From positions 15,266 to 79,265 of the forward strand of contig JAPLIS010000021.1 of the NCBI GenBank assembly GCA_026388985.1: 64,000 nt of DNA. The letters run 5' to 3'. The notes under the pieces were generated by a model. It saw nothing but the letters and a program-made list of their open reading frames with translations, ran no database searches and was not told the origin of the DNA. The first letter of the stretch is position 1. Each line of letters starts with the position of its first letter. The stretch is from Candidatus Babelota bacterium. Its GTDB lineage: Bacteria; Babelota; Babeliae; Babelales; Vermiphilaceae. Positions 8,526 through 19,048 of this stretch are shown here, in pieces. Position numbers and translations under genes: made by a program.

Positions 8526-9206
8526 TTAAACAACTCTTAGCACACCATCATGAATTTCATACTGCATATCCATGGCACGTGCTAAATATGCATCATGAGT
8601 ACTCACAATAATCCCCATACCCCACTGCTCTCGACACACAAGTAGCAGATTAACTATTTCTTTTGCTGTTTTGCAATCAAGACTCCCTGTTGGTTCGTCG
8701 GCAAGTAAAAAGGTTGGCTTATTAAAAAGTGCGCGTGCTAAGGCTACCCGTTGCTGCTGGCCACCAGAAAGAGAAGATGGCTTGCTGTGCATTTTATGAT
8801 CCAAGCCAAACAAGCATAACAGTTGTAAAGCTTCCTCAATACACCATCGCTTATCTTTACCAATAACTAAACCTGGCACTATAATATTTTCTATGACAGA
8901 CAACTCTGAAATAAGATATGGTTGCTGAAAAAGCAATCCTATAGACCTACTTAAAAACTGTGTACGCCTTGATGGAGAGTAGGAAAAAATATTTTTTTTA
9001 TTAAAGCAGACTTCTCCGCTGCTGGGGGTTTCAATGCCTGCTAATATATGAATACATGTTGATTTACCCGTTCCTGAGACACCAGTTAACGCATATGTGT
9101 TGCCTTGTATAAACTGAATAGTTATATCCCGCAAAACAGTAGTTTTAATAGATCCATGAATAAAAAACTTTTGAATACTGCCCATAGATAGCTCTGCAAG
9201 GCTCAT
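8526..9206 (-). CDS. ABC transporter ATP-binding protein (LolD/MacB/FtsE-like), no adjacent permease
   Basis: Walker [10 protein letters not shown], signature [15 protein letters not shown], Walker [13 protein letters not shown]-loop STHD. AAGGAG RBS upstream of the ATG. Confidence 0.85.
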   Translation of the reverse strand: MSLAELSMGSIQKFFIHGSIKTTVLRDITIQFIQGNTYALTGVSGTGKSTCIHILAGIETPSSGEVCFNKKNIFSYSPSRRTQFLSRSIGLLFQQPYLISELSVIENIIVPGLVIGKDKRWCIEEALQLLCLFGLDHKMHSKPSSLSGGQQQRVALARALFNKPTFLLADEPTGSLDCKTAKEIVNLLLVCREQWGMGIIVSTHDAYLARAMDMQYEIHDGVLRVV

Positions 9207-9415
9207 TACTATCTCCTTTTGTAAAATTTAAAATAGTTCTCTTTTAAAGCAACATATATACAACCTAAAAGAATATCACAATAGCCTGAGTAAAAGAATT
9301 TTCCCCCAAAATCAAGACAGTTGTTGTTTTGACTTTACCCATTTCTCTAAACTGAAAACTAAGAAAGAGTAGTGCGGTGCTTGACTATGGGTCTCAAAAA
9401 CAGGGGGGGCGGGAC

Positions 9416-11773
9416 ATGAAGACATTATTGCACAAAAAACAGGAAACCATACCGGATATACTATCTATTATACCAACTATGGATGTAGTAGTTTTTCCGC
9501 TCATGATAGTTCCTTTATTGGTTCTAGATGAAAAAATAATTAACGGAATCAATGAATCACTTGAAACCTCAAAAAAAGTGTTGCTTTTAGCTGCACGAAA
9601 TCAGGTTGATCATCAAGGCGCAATTGGCACCAATGATTTATATGAAGTGGGAACCATTGCAACTATTATGCGCTTAATTAAAATACCTGAAGGGGGAGTA
9701 AAAATATTAGTACAAGGCTTATGTCGAGCTCGCGTATCAAACATTAGCACTGAAGGAAGCGGCCTTCATGCTACCATTGAGCCGATTGCGTTAACCGATG
9801 ATAATGAGATTGAAGTACTTGCACAGATAAAAAACATTAAAGCAATCGCTGAAAAAATGGCCATAGCCAGCAATAGGTTTAGCCCTGATTTTCATATCAT
9901 TCTTTCAAAAATACAAGATGCTGATAAAATAGCTGATTTTATTTTATCACATCTTAATTTAACCGTAGAACAAGCACAAAGCATGCTTGAACTAACAGAA
10001 AAAAAAGATTTTTTACAGATGATTTACTCTCATCTCAACAGAGAAATAGAAGTCGCTGAAGTGCAAGAAAAAATTAGAAACAATGCACGCGAATCAATGA
10101 ACAAATCACAAAAAGAGTTTTATCTTCGGGAGCAACTCAAAGCGATCAAGCAAGAACTCGGCGAAGATGATGTTGAAGACATAGAAGAAATGCGCAAAAA
10201 GCTAACTACTCTTGCTGTTGCTGAAAGCGTTAAACAAGAAATTGCACGCCAAATTGACCGCCTGGAACGCACAGCTCCTGATTCTCTTGAAGCAACAGTA
10301 ACGCGCAACTATTTAGAATGGGTTTTTGCCTTGCCGTGGGGACAAATGACCGATGAAAATCTTGACATTAAGCATGCTCAACAAGTGCTTGATGAAGATC
10401 ATTTTGGGCTTAAAGATATTAAAGATCGTATTCTTGATTTTATCTCAATACGTAATCTTAAAAAGGGAGGCTATGCTCCTATTTTATGCCTTGTTGGCCC
10501 ACCCGGAACCGGTAAAACGTCACTGGGTAAATCAATAGCAAAAAGCTTAAATAGAAAATATGCTCGCATATCTCTTGGTGGCGTAAAAGATGAATCTGAA
10601 ATCCGCGGACATCGCAGAACCTATGTTGGTTCAATGCCAGGAAGGTTTATTCAGGCAATGCGCAAAGCAGGAAGCTGTAACCCCATCATTGTTATTGATG
10701 AGCTTGATAAAATAGGTTCAGATTTTCGCGGAGATCCTTCGGCAGCGATGTTAGAAGTTCTTGATCCTCAACAGAATAAAACCTTTTATGATAATTATCT
10801 TGGTATACCTTTTGATCTTTCGCAGGTAATGTTTATTGCAACAGCCAATACACTTAATACTATTTCTGATCCTCTACGCGATCGTATGGAAATCATTGAA
10901 CTTTCAGGGTATATGCTTGAAGAAAAAGTAAGTATTGCTAAAAAACACTTAGTCAACAAAGCAATCACCAATGCTGGCCTAGATGGCCATAATTTTAGTA
11001 TCAGCGATGAAGTCATTAAAGATATTATTTCTCAATATACGCGTGAATCTGGCGTGCGCCAACTTGAACGCTTTATTGGTAAATTATGCTCAAAAGCAGC
11101 GCGTATGTTAGTTGAAAAAAACACCCTGATTGCCGTGACCAATAAAAATATTGATACCTATCTGGGTCCACGTAAATTCTTAGAAGATGAAACTGATCAT
11201 AAAAATCAAATTGGCATATCTAATGGATTAGCATGGACAAGTTATGGCGGAGAAATGATTAAAATTGAAGCCGCACTTATGCCAGGCAAAGGCAAATTGA
11301 TGCTTACTGGGCAACTAGGGGATGTTATGAAAGAATCAGCGCAAGCTGCGGTAAGTTATGCCCGAATGCATGCTAAAACATTTGGCATCAGCAATAGCGC
11401 TTTTACGACTCATGATTTACATATTCATATTCCAGCTGGCGCCACACCAAAAGATGGTCCATCAGCAGGCATTACTATGTTAACGGCAATTCTTTCAGCC
11501 TTTACCAAGCGCCCTATAAATGCGCAATATGCTATGACAGGAGAATTAAATTTACGAGGAGAAGTGATGCCTATTGGTGGCGTAAAAGAAAAAATATTAG
11601 CGGCTAAACGAAACAATATGCAGCATGTAATCTTACCCCACAAAAATAGAAATGACTTAATAGGCATTGAAGATGTCACTAAAGATATCAATATTGTATG
11701 GGTTGATCACGCTGATCAAGTGCTTGAACAAGTGCTCCTTGCTCAAAGCAACAAAGTTATCAAGCAAAAGTAG
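9416..11773 (+). CDS. lon: ATP-dependent Lon protease
   Basis: LON N-domain (VVVFPLMIVPLLV). Walker A GPPGTGKTS. Walker B IIVIDELDK. Protease Ser motif PKDGPSAG with downstream GGVKEKILAAKR. The ORF track begins at GTG 9377; I prefer ATG 9416 (MKTLLHKK), which follows a G-rich RBS. Confidence 0.9.
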   Translation: MKTLLHKKQETIPDILSIIPTMDVVVFPLMIVPLLVLDEKIINGINESLETSKKVLLLAARNQVDHQGAIGTNDLYEVGTIATIMRLIKIPEGGVKILVQGLCRARVSNISTEGSGLHATIEPIALTDDNEIEVLAQIKNIKAIAEKMAIASNRFSPDFHIILSKIQDADKIADFILSHLNLTVEQAQSMLELTEKKDFLQMIYSHLNREIEVAEVQEKIRNNARESMNKSQKEFYLREQLKAIKQELGEDDVEDIEEMRKKLTTLAVAESVKQEIARQIDRLERTAPDSLEATVTRNYLEWVFALPWGQMTDENLDIKHAQQVLDEDHFGLKDIKDRILDFISIRNLKKGGYAPILCLVGPPGTGKTSLGKSIAKSLNRKYARISLGGVKDESEIRGHRRTYVGSMPGRFIQAMRKAGSCNPIIVIDELDKIGSDFRGDPSAAMLEVLDPQQNKTFYDNYLGIPFDLSQVMFIATANTLNTISDPLRDRMEIIELSGYMLEEKVSIAKKHLVNKAITNAGLDGHNFSISDEVIKDIISQYTRESGVRQLERFIGKLCSKAARMLVEKNTLIAVTNKNIDTYLGPRKFLEDETDHKNQIGISNGLAWTSYGGEMIKIEAALMPGKGKLMLTGQLGDVMKESAQAAVSYARMHAKTFGISNSAFTTHDLHIHIPAGATPKDGPSAGITMLTAILSAFTKRPINAQYAMTGELNLRGEVMPIGGVKEKILAAKRNNMQHVILPHKNRNDLIGIEDVTKDINIVWVDHADQVLEQVLLAQSNKVIKQK

Positions 11774-11817
11774 TTGGTTATAGGGGAAATGGTAGGCGTA
11801 TAAACAAAGGATAAACA

Positions 11818-12219
11818 ATGAACAACATGTATTTTATAAAAATTGGATGCATCGCTAGTGGCATTATAGTAACACGATTTTCAAATTCAGTCCCTGCTTT
11901 TTTAGGACTCATATTTAACATACTATCAATTGGCTTATTTTTATTTCCCATCATACAGGAACTATATGAGCAGCAGGTAACCGAGCCAGAATATTTTAAT
12001 AAAAAACCATTATGGCAATTACCGCTTGTAACCGCGTGCAGCTTTTTTCTTCTTATCTGCATTCAATGGCTACAAGGCAAACCCTCTTTACTCTCAAATG
12101 GGTACGATGTGCTTGGCACTCTTAATATGGCAGTTATTTTAACCTTTTTATTTTATGCATATCAAACATACATAAGACCAAAACTTACCTCTCTGATGCA
12201 AAAAAAAGAGCAGGAATGA
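11818..12219 (+). CDS. Small multi-pass membrane protein, unknown function
   Basis: 133 aa with 3-4 hydrophobic segments. Its stop overlaps the start of the next gene (ATGA). Confidence 0.45.
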   Translation: MNNMYFIKIGCIASGIIVTRFSNSVPAFLGLIFNILSIGLFLFPIIQELYEQQVTEPEYFNKKPLWQLPLVTACSFFLLICIQWLQGKPSLLSNGYDVLGTLNMAVILTFLFYAYQTYIRPKLTSLMQKKEQE

Positions 12220-13313
12220 AAAAAATAATGACCATCGGTAGCGCGATGCGTGATATGTTTTTGGATAATACACAAGCTCAAGCTATGTATTTAAACACTA
12301 ATCAAAAAAAGCAATCATTCATTGTTCTACAAGAAGGAAAAAAAATTGAAGTTAATGGGCTATCCTATCACATCGGAGGCGGCGCTATTAATAGCGCTGC
12401 CTCTTTTGCATTAATAGGTCATCCAGTTGAAAGCTTTTTTAAAGTAGGATGCGATCAAGAAGGAGACTTTGTATGTGCCCAGATGACAAAAAGAGGAGTG
12501 ATTACCGATACTGCTATTCATGACCCAAATGAGCGCACAGGCACATCAATCATTATTCCCTGCCCTTCAGGAGATCGAGCGATTTTTGTACACCGTGGTG
12601 CAAATAAAACCCTTTCTCAACCAGAAATACCCCTTAATCGTATTGCCTCCTGCGAACAACTGTATATTACTTCACTCAGCAATCAAGCATCACAGACGCT
12701 CCCGTTTATTGTAAAAGAAGCAAAAAAACACAACATTCAGATTGCTGTAAACCCGGGAACCAGTCAATTAACAACTAATGTACATACATTAGAACTTTCG
12801 TTACCATACATTGATATCTTTATTCTCAATAGCTATGAAGCAACATTATTAATGAATGCATTGGTATACACAAAAATACAAAAACAGTATGCGTCAATCA
12901 AAAATAATGCTTTGCCTGAACTGTTAAAGGGCCCAATAGGATTTGAAGCTGTATGTTTTACTTTACGCTATTTTTTTACAGAAATTATAAGCCGTGGACC
13001 AAAAATAGTTATTGTTACTAATGGAGCAGAAGGGGTATATGCAGCAGATAATGCCACCATCTATTTTCATCCCAGCATCAAAACTCATACTATAAGTACC
13101 CTAGGCGCTGGTGATGCCTTTGGCTCCACATTTGTTTCTTATATTACGCAAGGAAAGTCGATTGCTGATGCTTTACGAGCAGGAGCAATCAATGCGGCAT
13201 CGGTACTTGGATCTGTAGGGGCGCAGGAAGGCTTACTCACACTCGATCAACTTACAGAACGTATTTCAGCTTTAGATCTCTCTTTATTGCAACAATTTAA
13301 TTTAAAAAATTAA
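12216..13313 (+). CDS. PfkB-family carbohydrate/nucleoside kinase (ribokinase-like)
   Basis: 365 aa. C-terminal PfkB signature TLGAGDAFGSTFVSY. N-terminal GGGAINSA diglycine region. Substrate not inferable. Confidence 0.7.
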   Translation: MKKIMTIGSAMRDMFLDNTQAQAMYLNTNQKKQSFIVLQEGKKIEVNGLSYHIGGGAINSAASFALIGHPVESFFKVGCDQEGDFVCAQMTKRGVITDTAIHDPNERTGTSIIIPCPSGDRAIFVHRGANKTLSQPEIPLNRIASCEQLYITSLSNQASQTLPFIVKEAKKHNIQIAVNPGTSQLTTNVHTLELSLPYIDIFILNSYEATLLMNALVYTKIQKQYASIKNNALPELLKGPIGFEAVCFTLRYFFTEIISRGPKIVIVTNGAEGVYAADNATIYFHPSIKTHTISTLGAGDAFGSTFVSYITQGKSIADALRAGAINAASVLGSVGAQEGLLTLDQLTERISALDLSLLQQFNLKN

Positions 13314-13332
13314 ATAATTGATAAGGGTACCT

Positions 13333-13812
13333 ATGATACATCTAAACATGTTATTATTGCACATATTATTATGTATATCAGCCTGTATCCCAACAGCATG
13401 CTGGAGTATGCATAAACTATGCAACCTGGGCAACCTTAACCGCAAGGGCAATGCCCAGAAACTTCCCAGCGTTGATCCTATTTTGGCTGCATGTCTTGAA
13501 ATCAATCGGTTAGAAAAGTACTACACTCAGCCATTTATTATTGATGGCAACTTAACCCCGGTAACTTCATTTTTTAATCATGAAGATGACCCACAAGCAA
13601 TCACACTCAGCTTAAGTAGAACTCGAAATAAATGTAGAACATTGCCTCCAGGCCTTGACTTGCGACCCCTAGAATTACATTTGTGCAGAAAAGCGCTTGC
13701 ATCACAACCATATTACATAAAAAATAGAGTTTTGCTAGGATTAGCGGCAGGAACTGCTATGGGAATTACTGCAGCCGTGGCTTTTTATGAAACTCGAAAA
13801 CAGGCTAAATAA
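13333..13812 (+). CDS. Putative lipoprotein / membrane-anchored protein, unknown function
   Basis: ATG 13333 is preceded by AAGGG. The leader MIHLNMLLLHILLCISAC has a lipobox-like ISAC. C-terminal TM segment (VLLGLAAGTAMGITAAVAFY). Confidence 0.4.
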   Translation: MIHLNMLLLHILLCISACIPTACWSMHKLCNLGNLNRKGNAQKLPSVDPILAACLEINRLEKYYTQPFIIDGNLTPVTSFFNHEDDPQAITLSLSRTRNKCRTLPPGLDLRPLELHLCRKALASQPYYIKNRVLLGLAAGTAMGITAAVAFYETRKQAK

Positions 13813-13831
13813 TAGATTCGAACAATCAACT

Positions 13832-14330
13832 CTACATAAGTATGTCTACATTGGTATCTGTTGAAAACAAAATGGCTTCTTGATAAGAGTGTTTGCTTAT
13901 GGCTTTTCTTAGCCGCACAACCTTGATTTTTCGTTTTAATAATATGCTGTATGCCACACAGCTTTGCAATACAATGCTTTCATCGCCAACTTTAACAATA
14001 GTAGAATCTTTAAAGTCTTCATCTTTTAGCTTACTGTTATCGATCATTTTCTTTCTTCCACGCGACTTATGAGGGCCCTCATAAATACGTGAAAGCCGTG
14101 CATCTTTGCGTAGCTTACTTATGACATGCAATCCTAAAGCAAAGACTCCATAACATATTTATTTTTGCAAAAAAAGCATCAGCAACCATGTATTTTACCC
14201 CCAAGATGCAATATATTTGAGGCCGCATTTTTAAGGTGCCTCAAATAGAAATCTATTCTAGCCTCATCGCCTTTTTTAATTTTTTTGCGCTCAGATTTTG
14301 ACAGTTGCTTTTTATTAATTAATTTGATTT
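13832..14330 (-). pseudogene. Decayed DDE transposase (IS4-like C-terminal portion), frameshifted and N-terminally truncated
   Basis: The 99-aa ORF reads MHVISKLRKDARLSRIYEGPHKSRGRKKMIDNSKL... My translation of the upstream minus strand gives ...FYLRHLKNAASNILHLGGK / YMVADAFFAKINMLWSLCFRIA in other frames. This matches the ..vADa.Y.k..f...l...g..vIs.LRkDa.L pattern of DDE transposases. At least two frame changes, and no intact N-terminal part. Confidence 0.55.
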
Positions 14331-14441
14331 TTTTCAATGCTTGCTCTAATATCTTCTACAAATTGTTCACAGTATTGTTATTAAAAAACTTAAACTATCT
14401 CATGCAGAAATCAGCTTCTAACTATGTAGGAAACTAAAATT

Positions 14442-14759
14442 ATGCTTATACATCGATTTTTACCACTCATCATTCTCTCACTACTGATTAATAATCAATC
14501 TTATGCCATGCTCCGTTCTGTTGCTCAATCGCGCGCCACACCTCGTACATTATATAATACCATCGCCTCGTATCCACGACATATACACTTAACGCCACAA
14601 AAAAAAACACAATTCACCATTGGAGACATTATCCTACTAGGATCGATAGTAGCTACTCCATGCTTTATAATAGATGACATGATTAGCGAAGCTAAAAAAC
14701 CCATTAAACCCGAGTATACAGGCTACGACCAGTTCGAGCTCGACGATGATGGATTATAA
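14442..14759 (+). CDS. Small hypothetical secreted/membrane protein
   Basis: 105 aa. Signal-like leader MLIHRFLPLIILSLLINNQSYA, a second hydrophobic segment, and an acidic tail. No recognisable domain. Confidence 0.35.
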   Translation: MLIHRFLPLIILSLLINNQSYAMLRSVAQSRATPRTLYNTIASYPRHIHLTPQKKTQFTIGDIILLGSIVATPCFIIDDMISEAKKPIKPEYTGYDQFELDDDGL

Positions 14760-14917
14760 CGGTTGCATATAGGCCATCTATAATCACAATATCGATATCA
14801 ACATGTTTTTTTACCTCTTGAATTAGCACATCGCAAAAGTGGTAACGTGTTGATTAAAAAATAAATGGCTGCACCTACGGCATCAGATATTTTCTAACAA
14901 CTAACTTTTTAAAGGTA

Positions 14918-15223
14918 GATGGATGCAGCCTTCGCCAAGGCTACAGCGGTTGCACGAGACTCGCTACACTCGCACCTTCTAACGAACAGCTCTTGATTAG
15001 TCGACAAACTGGCCAATTTTAAACTTATAAAAAAATGCTTTTGCCTGAAGCTTTTAAGCACTGAATATTGATTGCAAAGTAACTATTTTCTAGAAATTAT
15101 GACACTCGCCTACGCCATTCGCGGCCAACGAGATATACGAGATATACTTTTGCTCCAGCACCATTCTCTGTTAGAAAAATAGACTCTCTCCTACGTCATT
15201 CGCGGCGAAGGCGGGGATCCATC
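14918..15223. repeat. Three degenerate copies of a GC-rich 40-65-nt element (one inverted) in a 1-kb non-coding region
   Basis: Copy C (15170-15223) is gttagaaaaatagactctctcctacgtcattcgcggcgaaggcggggatccatc. Copy B (15089-15127) is tctagaaattatgacactcgcctacgccattcgcggcc. Copy A (14918-14983, opposite strand) is gttagaagg...ccttggcgaaggctgcatccatc. Confidence 0.55.
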
Positions 15224-15738
15224 TTAAGGTTACATAAATGCTTATTTTTAAAGGATTATTTAAAAAAACAAAGATTATTAATCCTGGTTGCCCGTTTTCA
15301 CGAGGACGACAGATGGAAAGGCAATAATTATATTGCGTGGACATGCAGTTGCCTAAAAAATACCCTCGCAATAACCCTATTCAATCTGCTTGTTTCACAT
15401 TTTACTAAAAGCTTGTTTTTAATTCTCAAGCTTCTAAAGAATAGCTCTATATTCATTCATGCATCTATGTATTTATGTTTTGACCTACGCTAAAGTGGCT
15501 CGGGATCAGCAGATATTGCTATTAACTTACACATTATCTAAAAATTGTTCACGCCTTTAAAAGGCTTTAGGTCTCTAAGCGCTCAAGCCGAACTCACGCT
15601 GAATAGCAACTGCAAACAATCAACTCTACATACATGATTGCGTTTATCTACTGTTAATTATTGGCTATTTTTTTTACCGCTGGTGCATATGCAGCCATTA
15701 TTTCTTCACATTCGCCATGACTGTTTTTGTTATCATCT

Positions 15739-16692
15739 TTAAGAAGTTAAAATGCCTTTTTCATATGCACGACTTCTCGCTTCAGCTTCAAGCAACGCAT
15801 ACTGCAAACACTCTTTTTTTGTTTGGATACAAACATCCTGTTCAGCAAGATTCAATAACAATAAGTTATTACTCGCAATATCTTCTCTTACTTCTTGATA
15901 AAAGCTCGATGGTATATGAGTTCCCATCAGATCAAGAAAATAGTTAAAACGATGAATAAGCGTCCAATACATATCATCCAGATCATTAGAATCTTCGACA
16001 ATAGCATTTTCCATTAACAATGAAAGATTCTGCGCTATATTTTTTACATTGCCCCATATTTTAGTATGCTCTTCTGGGCTCCATACTAATTTACTTATGC
16101 CCAACTCTAAAAAACGCTTGGTGGCAGAACGCATCTGCTGAGCATCAATTTCTTGCTTGGCTAGTTCCACTATAGAATCAGAAAGTTCATCAAAAAACTG
16201 ACTTGGGCTTGATTTAAATGACTCATACTGTGAACTAAATTGCGTATATAATGTATTGGTAACTGATTCTTTAAACCGATCAAACATGTCCCCATCAAGT
16301 CCAATTGCTGATCGATGCGAACCTCGCAATTTATAATTCACAAAATACGGATTTAATGTCTGTGGTAATTCTTCAACAAGGTGTGAAAAGGAATACGCAT
16401 TCACATACTGACTTGCTCCCATAACTTTACTAAAAATACCAAATACACAACGCGCATATTCTTGGCGATTGTGCATGCCTTGCCCATATCTCAATAGTTG
16501 ATTTAAATAAGAAAAATCATTAGGTAGCACATCCTGTGCATATTCTGGTTTTCTTAATTCTGTACGTACAATAGAAAAAAGCTGCACAGTGTCTGCATTG
16601 CTATTTTTTGGTTGATAATGAGCTGCTTGTGTAGTATGAATGATTAGAGAAGTGCATATATAAAGAAATAAACAAAGTCTCATGCTTTTCAT
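15739..16692 (-). CDS. Hypothetical secreted, mostly helical protein
   Basis: Probable start MKSMRLCLFLYICTSLIIHTTQA at 16692; the ORF track starts at 16749. No recognisable motif. Divergent from gspF. Confidence 0.4.
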   Translation of the reverse strand: MKSMRLCLFLYICTSLIIHTTQAAHYQPKNSNADTVQLFSIVRTELRKPEYAQDVLPNDFSYLNQLLRYGQGMHNRQEYARCVFGIFSKVMGASQYVNAYSFSHLVEELPQTLNPYFVNYKLRGSHRSAIGLDGDMFDRFKESVTNTLYTQFSSQYESFKSSPSQFFDELSDSIVELAKQEIDAQQMRSATKRFLELGISKLVWSPEEHTKIWGNVKNIAQNLSLLMENAIVEDSNDLDDMYWTLIHRFNYFLDLMGTHIPSSFYQEVREDIASNNLLLLNLAEQDVCIQTKKECLQYALLEAEARSRAYEKGILTS

Positions 16693-16808
16693 TTTTTCTG
16701 GCCTTATGCTAAAATAGTTACTTATAATTACAGAAATATAGACTAACATGGATCAATTAAGAGATACAAGATTAAAAATAGAACACACATAAAAATGAGG
16801 AACTATGC

Positions 16809-18020
16809 ATGGCTCTTTATGCGTATGAAGCATTTTCTAAAGGCGGTAAACAGGTGCAGGGCGTCTTGGATGCATCTTCATTAACAAGTGCTAAAGAACA
16901 GCTCAGCAGGCAAGGACTGTTTCCCATTTCTATTGTAGCTGCAACGCAAGAAGCCCGTTATGGTTTTTTTAAACGTTTATTTATGCGTGGCGTTTCAGTA
17001 AAAGATAAAATTATATTCAGCAAGCAGTTGGCTATATTACTTAAATCTGGTGTGCCACTATTACAAGCATTTGAATTATTAATTGACCAATTTAAGGGGC
17101 GGTTTCAGGCGATTTTAATTAGCATAAAAGATGAACTCAAAGAAGGTACTTCTCTTGCTGACGCACTCATAAAATACCCCAAAGTATTTGACACGATTTA
17201 TGTTCAATTGGTACGAGCTGGTGAAGCAAGTGGTCAGCTAGAAGCTATTTTAGAACGCTTAAATGAATATTTAGAACGTCGCGAAGTGGTTAAGAAAAAA
17301 CTAAAAGATGCAATGTTCATGCCCATGGTGCAGCTTGTACTGGCAGTTATTATTACAACCGGATTACTGGTAAAAGTAGTGCCACAGATGGCTGAAGTTT
17401 TTTCTGGTATGGGCCAAGAATTACCCGGTATAACAAAGGCAATGGTAAACATTGCAGACTTTATAAAATCCCACTATATAGGATTAATTTTAAGCATAAT
17501 AACTAGCATGAGTCTCTTTTTTTATTGGCGCTCAACTCCTACAGGCGCCCGAAAAATTGATGAAATTAAACTAAAAATACCATTGGTTAGCTATGTTACC
17601 AAAACAAACGCAGTGGTCCAATTCAGCTATACATTGGGCATGCTACTTGAAGGTGGCGTTAACTTATCGCAAGCGCTTGATATAGTAGTGGGCGTTATTG
17701 ATAATCGCACTTTAGCTGACACTCTTAATGAGGCACGTGATAAAATTGTTAAGCAGGGAAACATATCTCAATATTTAAAACAAACTAATATTTTTCCCCC
17801 CATTGCAACACACTTGATTAATACTGGCGAACAAACAGGCGAACTTGATAAGATGTTACTATTGGTTGCAAAAAATTATGAAACAGAATTGGCAGAAGCA
17901 ATTGACAAGTTGACGTCTGCTCTCAGTCTTGGCATGTTAGTTGTGGTAGGCATAGTAATATTATGCATAATACTAGCCATAGCGTTGCCTATGTTTAGTA
18001 TGGGAGATATGAAACTTTAA
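16809..18020 (+). CDS. gspF: Type II secretion system inner-membrane platform protein GspF
   Basis: 403 aa. The N-terminus MALYAYEAFSKGGKQVQGVLDA is typical of the GspF/PilC family. Two repeated T2SSF domains (FSKQLAILLKSGVPLLQAFE.. and FSYTLGMLLEGGVNLSQALD..). Three TM segments. Confidence 0.85.
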   Translation: MALYAYEAFSKGGKQVQGVLDASSLTSAKEQLSRQGLFPISIVAATQEARYGFFKRLFMRGVSVKDKIIFSKQLAILLKSGVPLLQAFELLIDQFKGRFQAILISIKDELKEGTSLADALIKYPKVFDTIYVQLVRAGEASGQLEAILERLNEYLERREVVKKKLKDAMFMPMVQLVLAVIITTGLLVKVVPQMAEVFSGMGQELPGITKAMVNIADFIKSHYIGLILSIITSMSLFFYWRSTPTGARKIDEIKLKIPLVSYVTKTNAVVQFSYTLGMLLEGGVNLSQALDIVVGVIDNRTLADTLNEARDKIVKQGNISQYLKQTNIFPPIATHLINTGEQTGELDKMLLLVAKNYETELAEAIDKLTSALSLGMLVVVGIVILCIILAIALPMFSMGDMKL

Positions 18021-18033
18021 CTAAAAGGAAAAT

Positions 18034-18501
18034 ATGAATAACGCACCACAATTAAAAAAAATAAACACAAACACTAATATAACAACATCCATACAGGTAA
18101 AAAAAGGCTTTACTTTAGTTGAACTTATGATGGTAATTGGTATTCTAGCAGGCCTTATGGCATTTATTTTACCTCAAATAAATAAATATAAAAAGCAATC
18201 AGACCTCAAAACTGCTAAATTAATATTACGGCAACTGCAACCTGATATTGAAAACTATCAGTCAGATACAGGATCTTATCCATCATCACTAAATGACTTA
18301 ATAAAACAACCCGAGAACGCAAAAAATTGGAATGGGCCATATATTGCCAATGGAAAACTTCCAGTTGACCCATGGGGTAGAAAATATCACTATAGCCTTA
18401 AATCAGAAGACAGCGAACACTCTTATGAGTTATTTTCTTATGGCCCAAAAGGGAAAAAAGCTACTAAAAATGAACATTTAAGTGTGTGGGATGAGAAATA
18501 A
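18034..18501 (+). CDS. gspG: Type II secretion major pseudopilin GspG
   Basis: Prepilin motif KKG/FTLVELMMVIGILAGL with Glu+5. GspG core NWNGPYI...PVDPWGRKYHYS...YELFSYGPKGK. The leader before the G/F cleavage site is unusually long at 25 aa. Confidence 0.85.
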   Translation: MNNAPQLKKINTNTNITTSIQVKKGFTLVELMMVIGILAGLMAFILPQINKYKKQSDLKTAKLILRQLQPDIENYQSDTGSYPSSLNDLIKQPENAKNWNGPYIANGKLPVDPWGRKYHYSLKSEDSEHSYELFSYGPKGKKATKNEHLSVWDEK

Positions 18502-19048
18502 ACATTCTGGGTTCACCCTCATTGAGCTTGTTATAGCTATCGCCATTCTTGCTGCCATCATGGCACTAGGAATGGCAAGCATGCGACAATCAACTCCGCG
18601 CTATGAGCGAGAAACGCTCATAGCGCGGCTTAATGCCTTACTCTTTGTAGGCTGGCAAAATGCTATCAAATCAGGAAAAGTGCATCGCATATCATTTGAT
18701 TTCCCTAAGCGCAAAATAAGCATAGCTGTTGCAACTGGCACCACAGACAGCCAAGGCGAACCTATCTGTGAACCACTCAGCAGCAAACATGGCCGCACCA
18801 CGCTGCCCATTCCTGACATGTTAAAGGTGGAAAACTTTGTTATAGAAGGTGGCGATGAACTGAAAGAACATTCAGACAAACAATCACGAGAAACATGGTT
18901 TTATATAACACCCAACGGATTAACACAAGAAGTAACCATTAATTTTTTTGATACAAAAGATCGTATTGCAAAAAAAGCCCGCCCCATAGGTTTAGTATTA
19001 AACCCCTTTAACGCACAGTTTGAAGCCTATGATGAATTTAAAAAATAA
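18491..19048 (+). CDS. gspH: Minor pseudopilin, GspH-like
   Basis: MRNKHSG/FTLIELVIAIAILAAIMA prepilin motif. Positioned after gspG and overlaps it by 11 nt. The ORF track starts at GTG 18482. Confidence 0.6.
   Translation: MRNKHSGFTLIELVIAIAILAAIMALGMASMRQSTPRYERETLIARLNALLFVGWQNAIKSGKVHRISFDFPKRKISIAVATGTTDSQGEPICEPLSSKHGRTTLPIPDMLKVENFVIEGGDELKEHSDKQSRETWFYITPNGLTQEVTINFFDTKDRIAKKARPIGLVLNPFNAQFEAYDEFKK

Noticed and set aside
11778-12062. 94-aa minus-strand ORF overlapping the small membrane protein gene downstream of lon.
   Set aside because: It is antisense to an ORF that is translationally coupled (ATGA) to the PfkB kinase gene. There is no RBS, and the composition is not protein-like.
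15171-15371. 66-aa minus-strand ORF ending ...RWIPAFAANDVGESLFF.
   Set aside because: Its C-terminal part is simply the translation of the GC-rich repeat element at 15170-15223. There is no RBS and no homologous coding context, so it is probably a repeat-generated pseudo-ORF.
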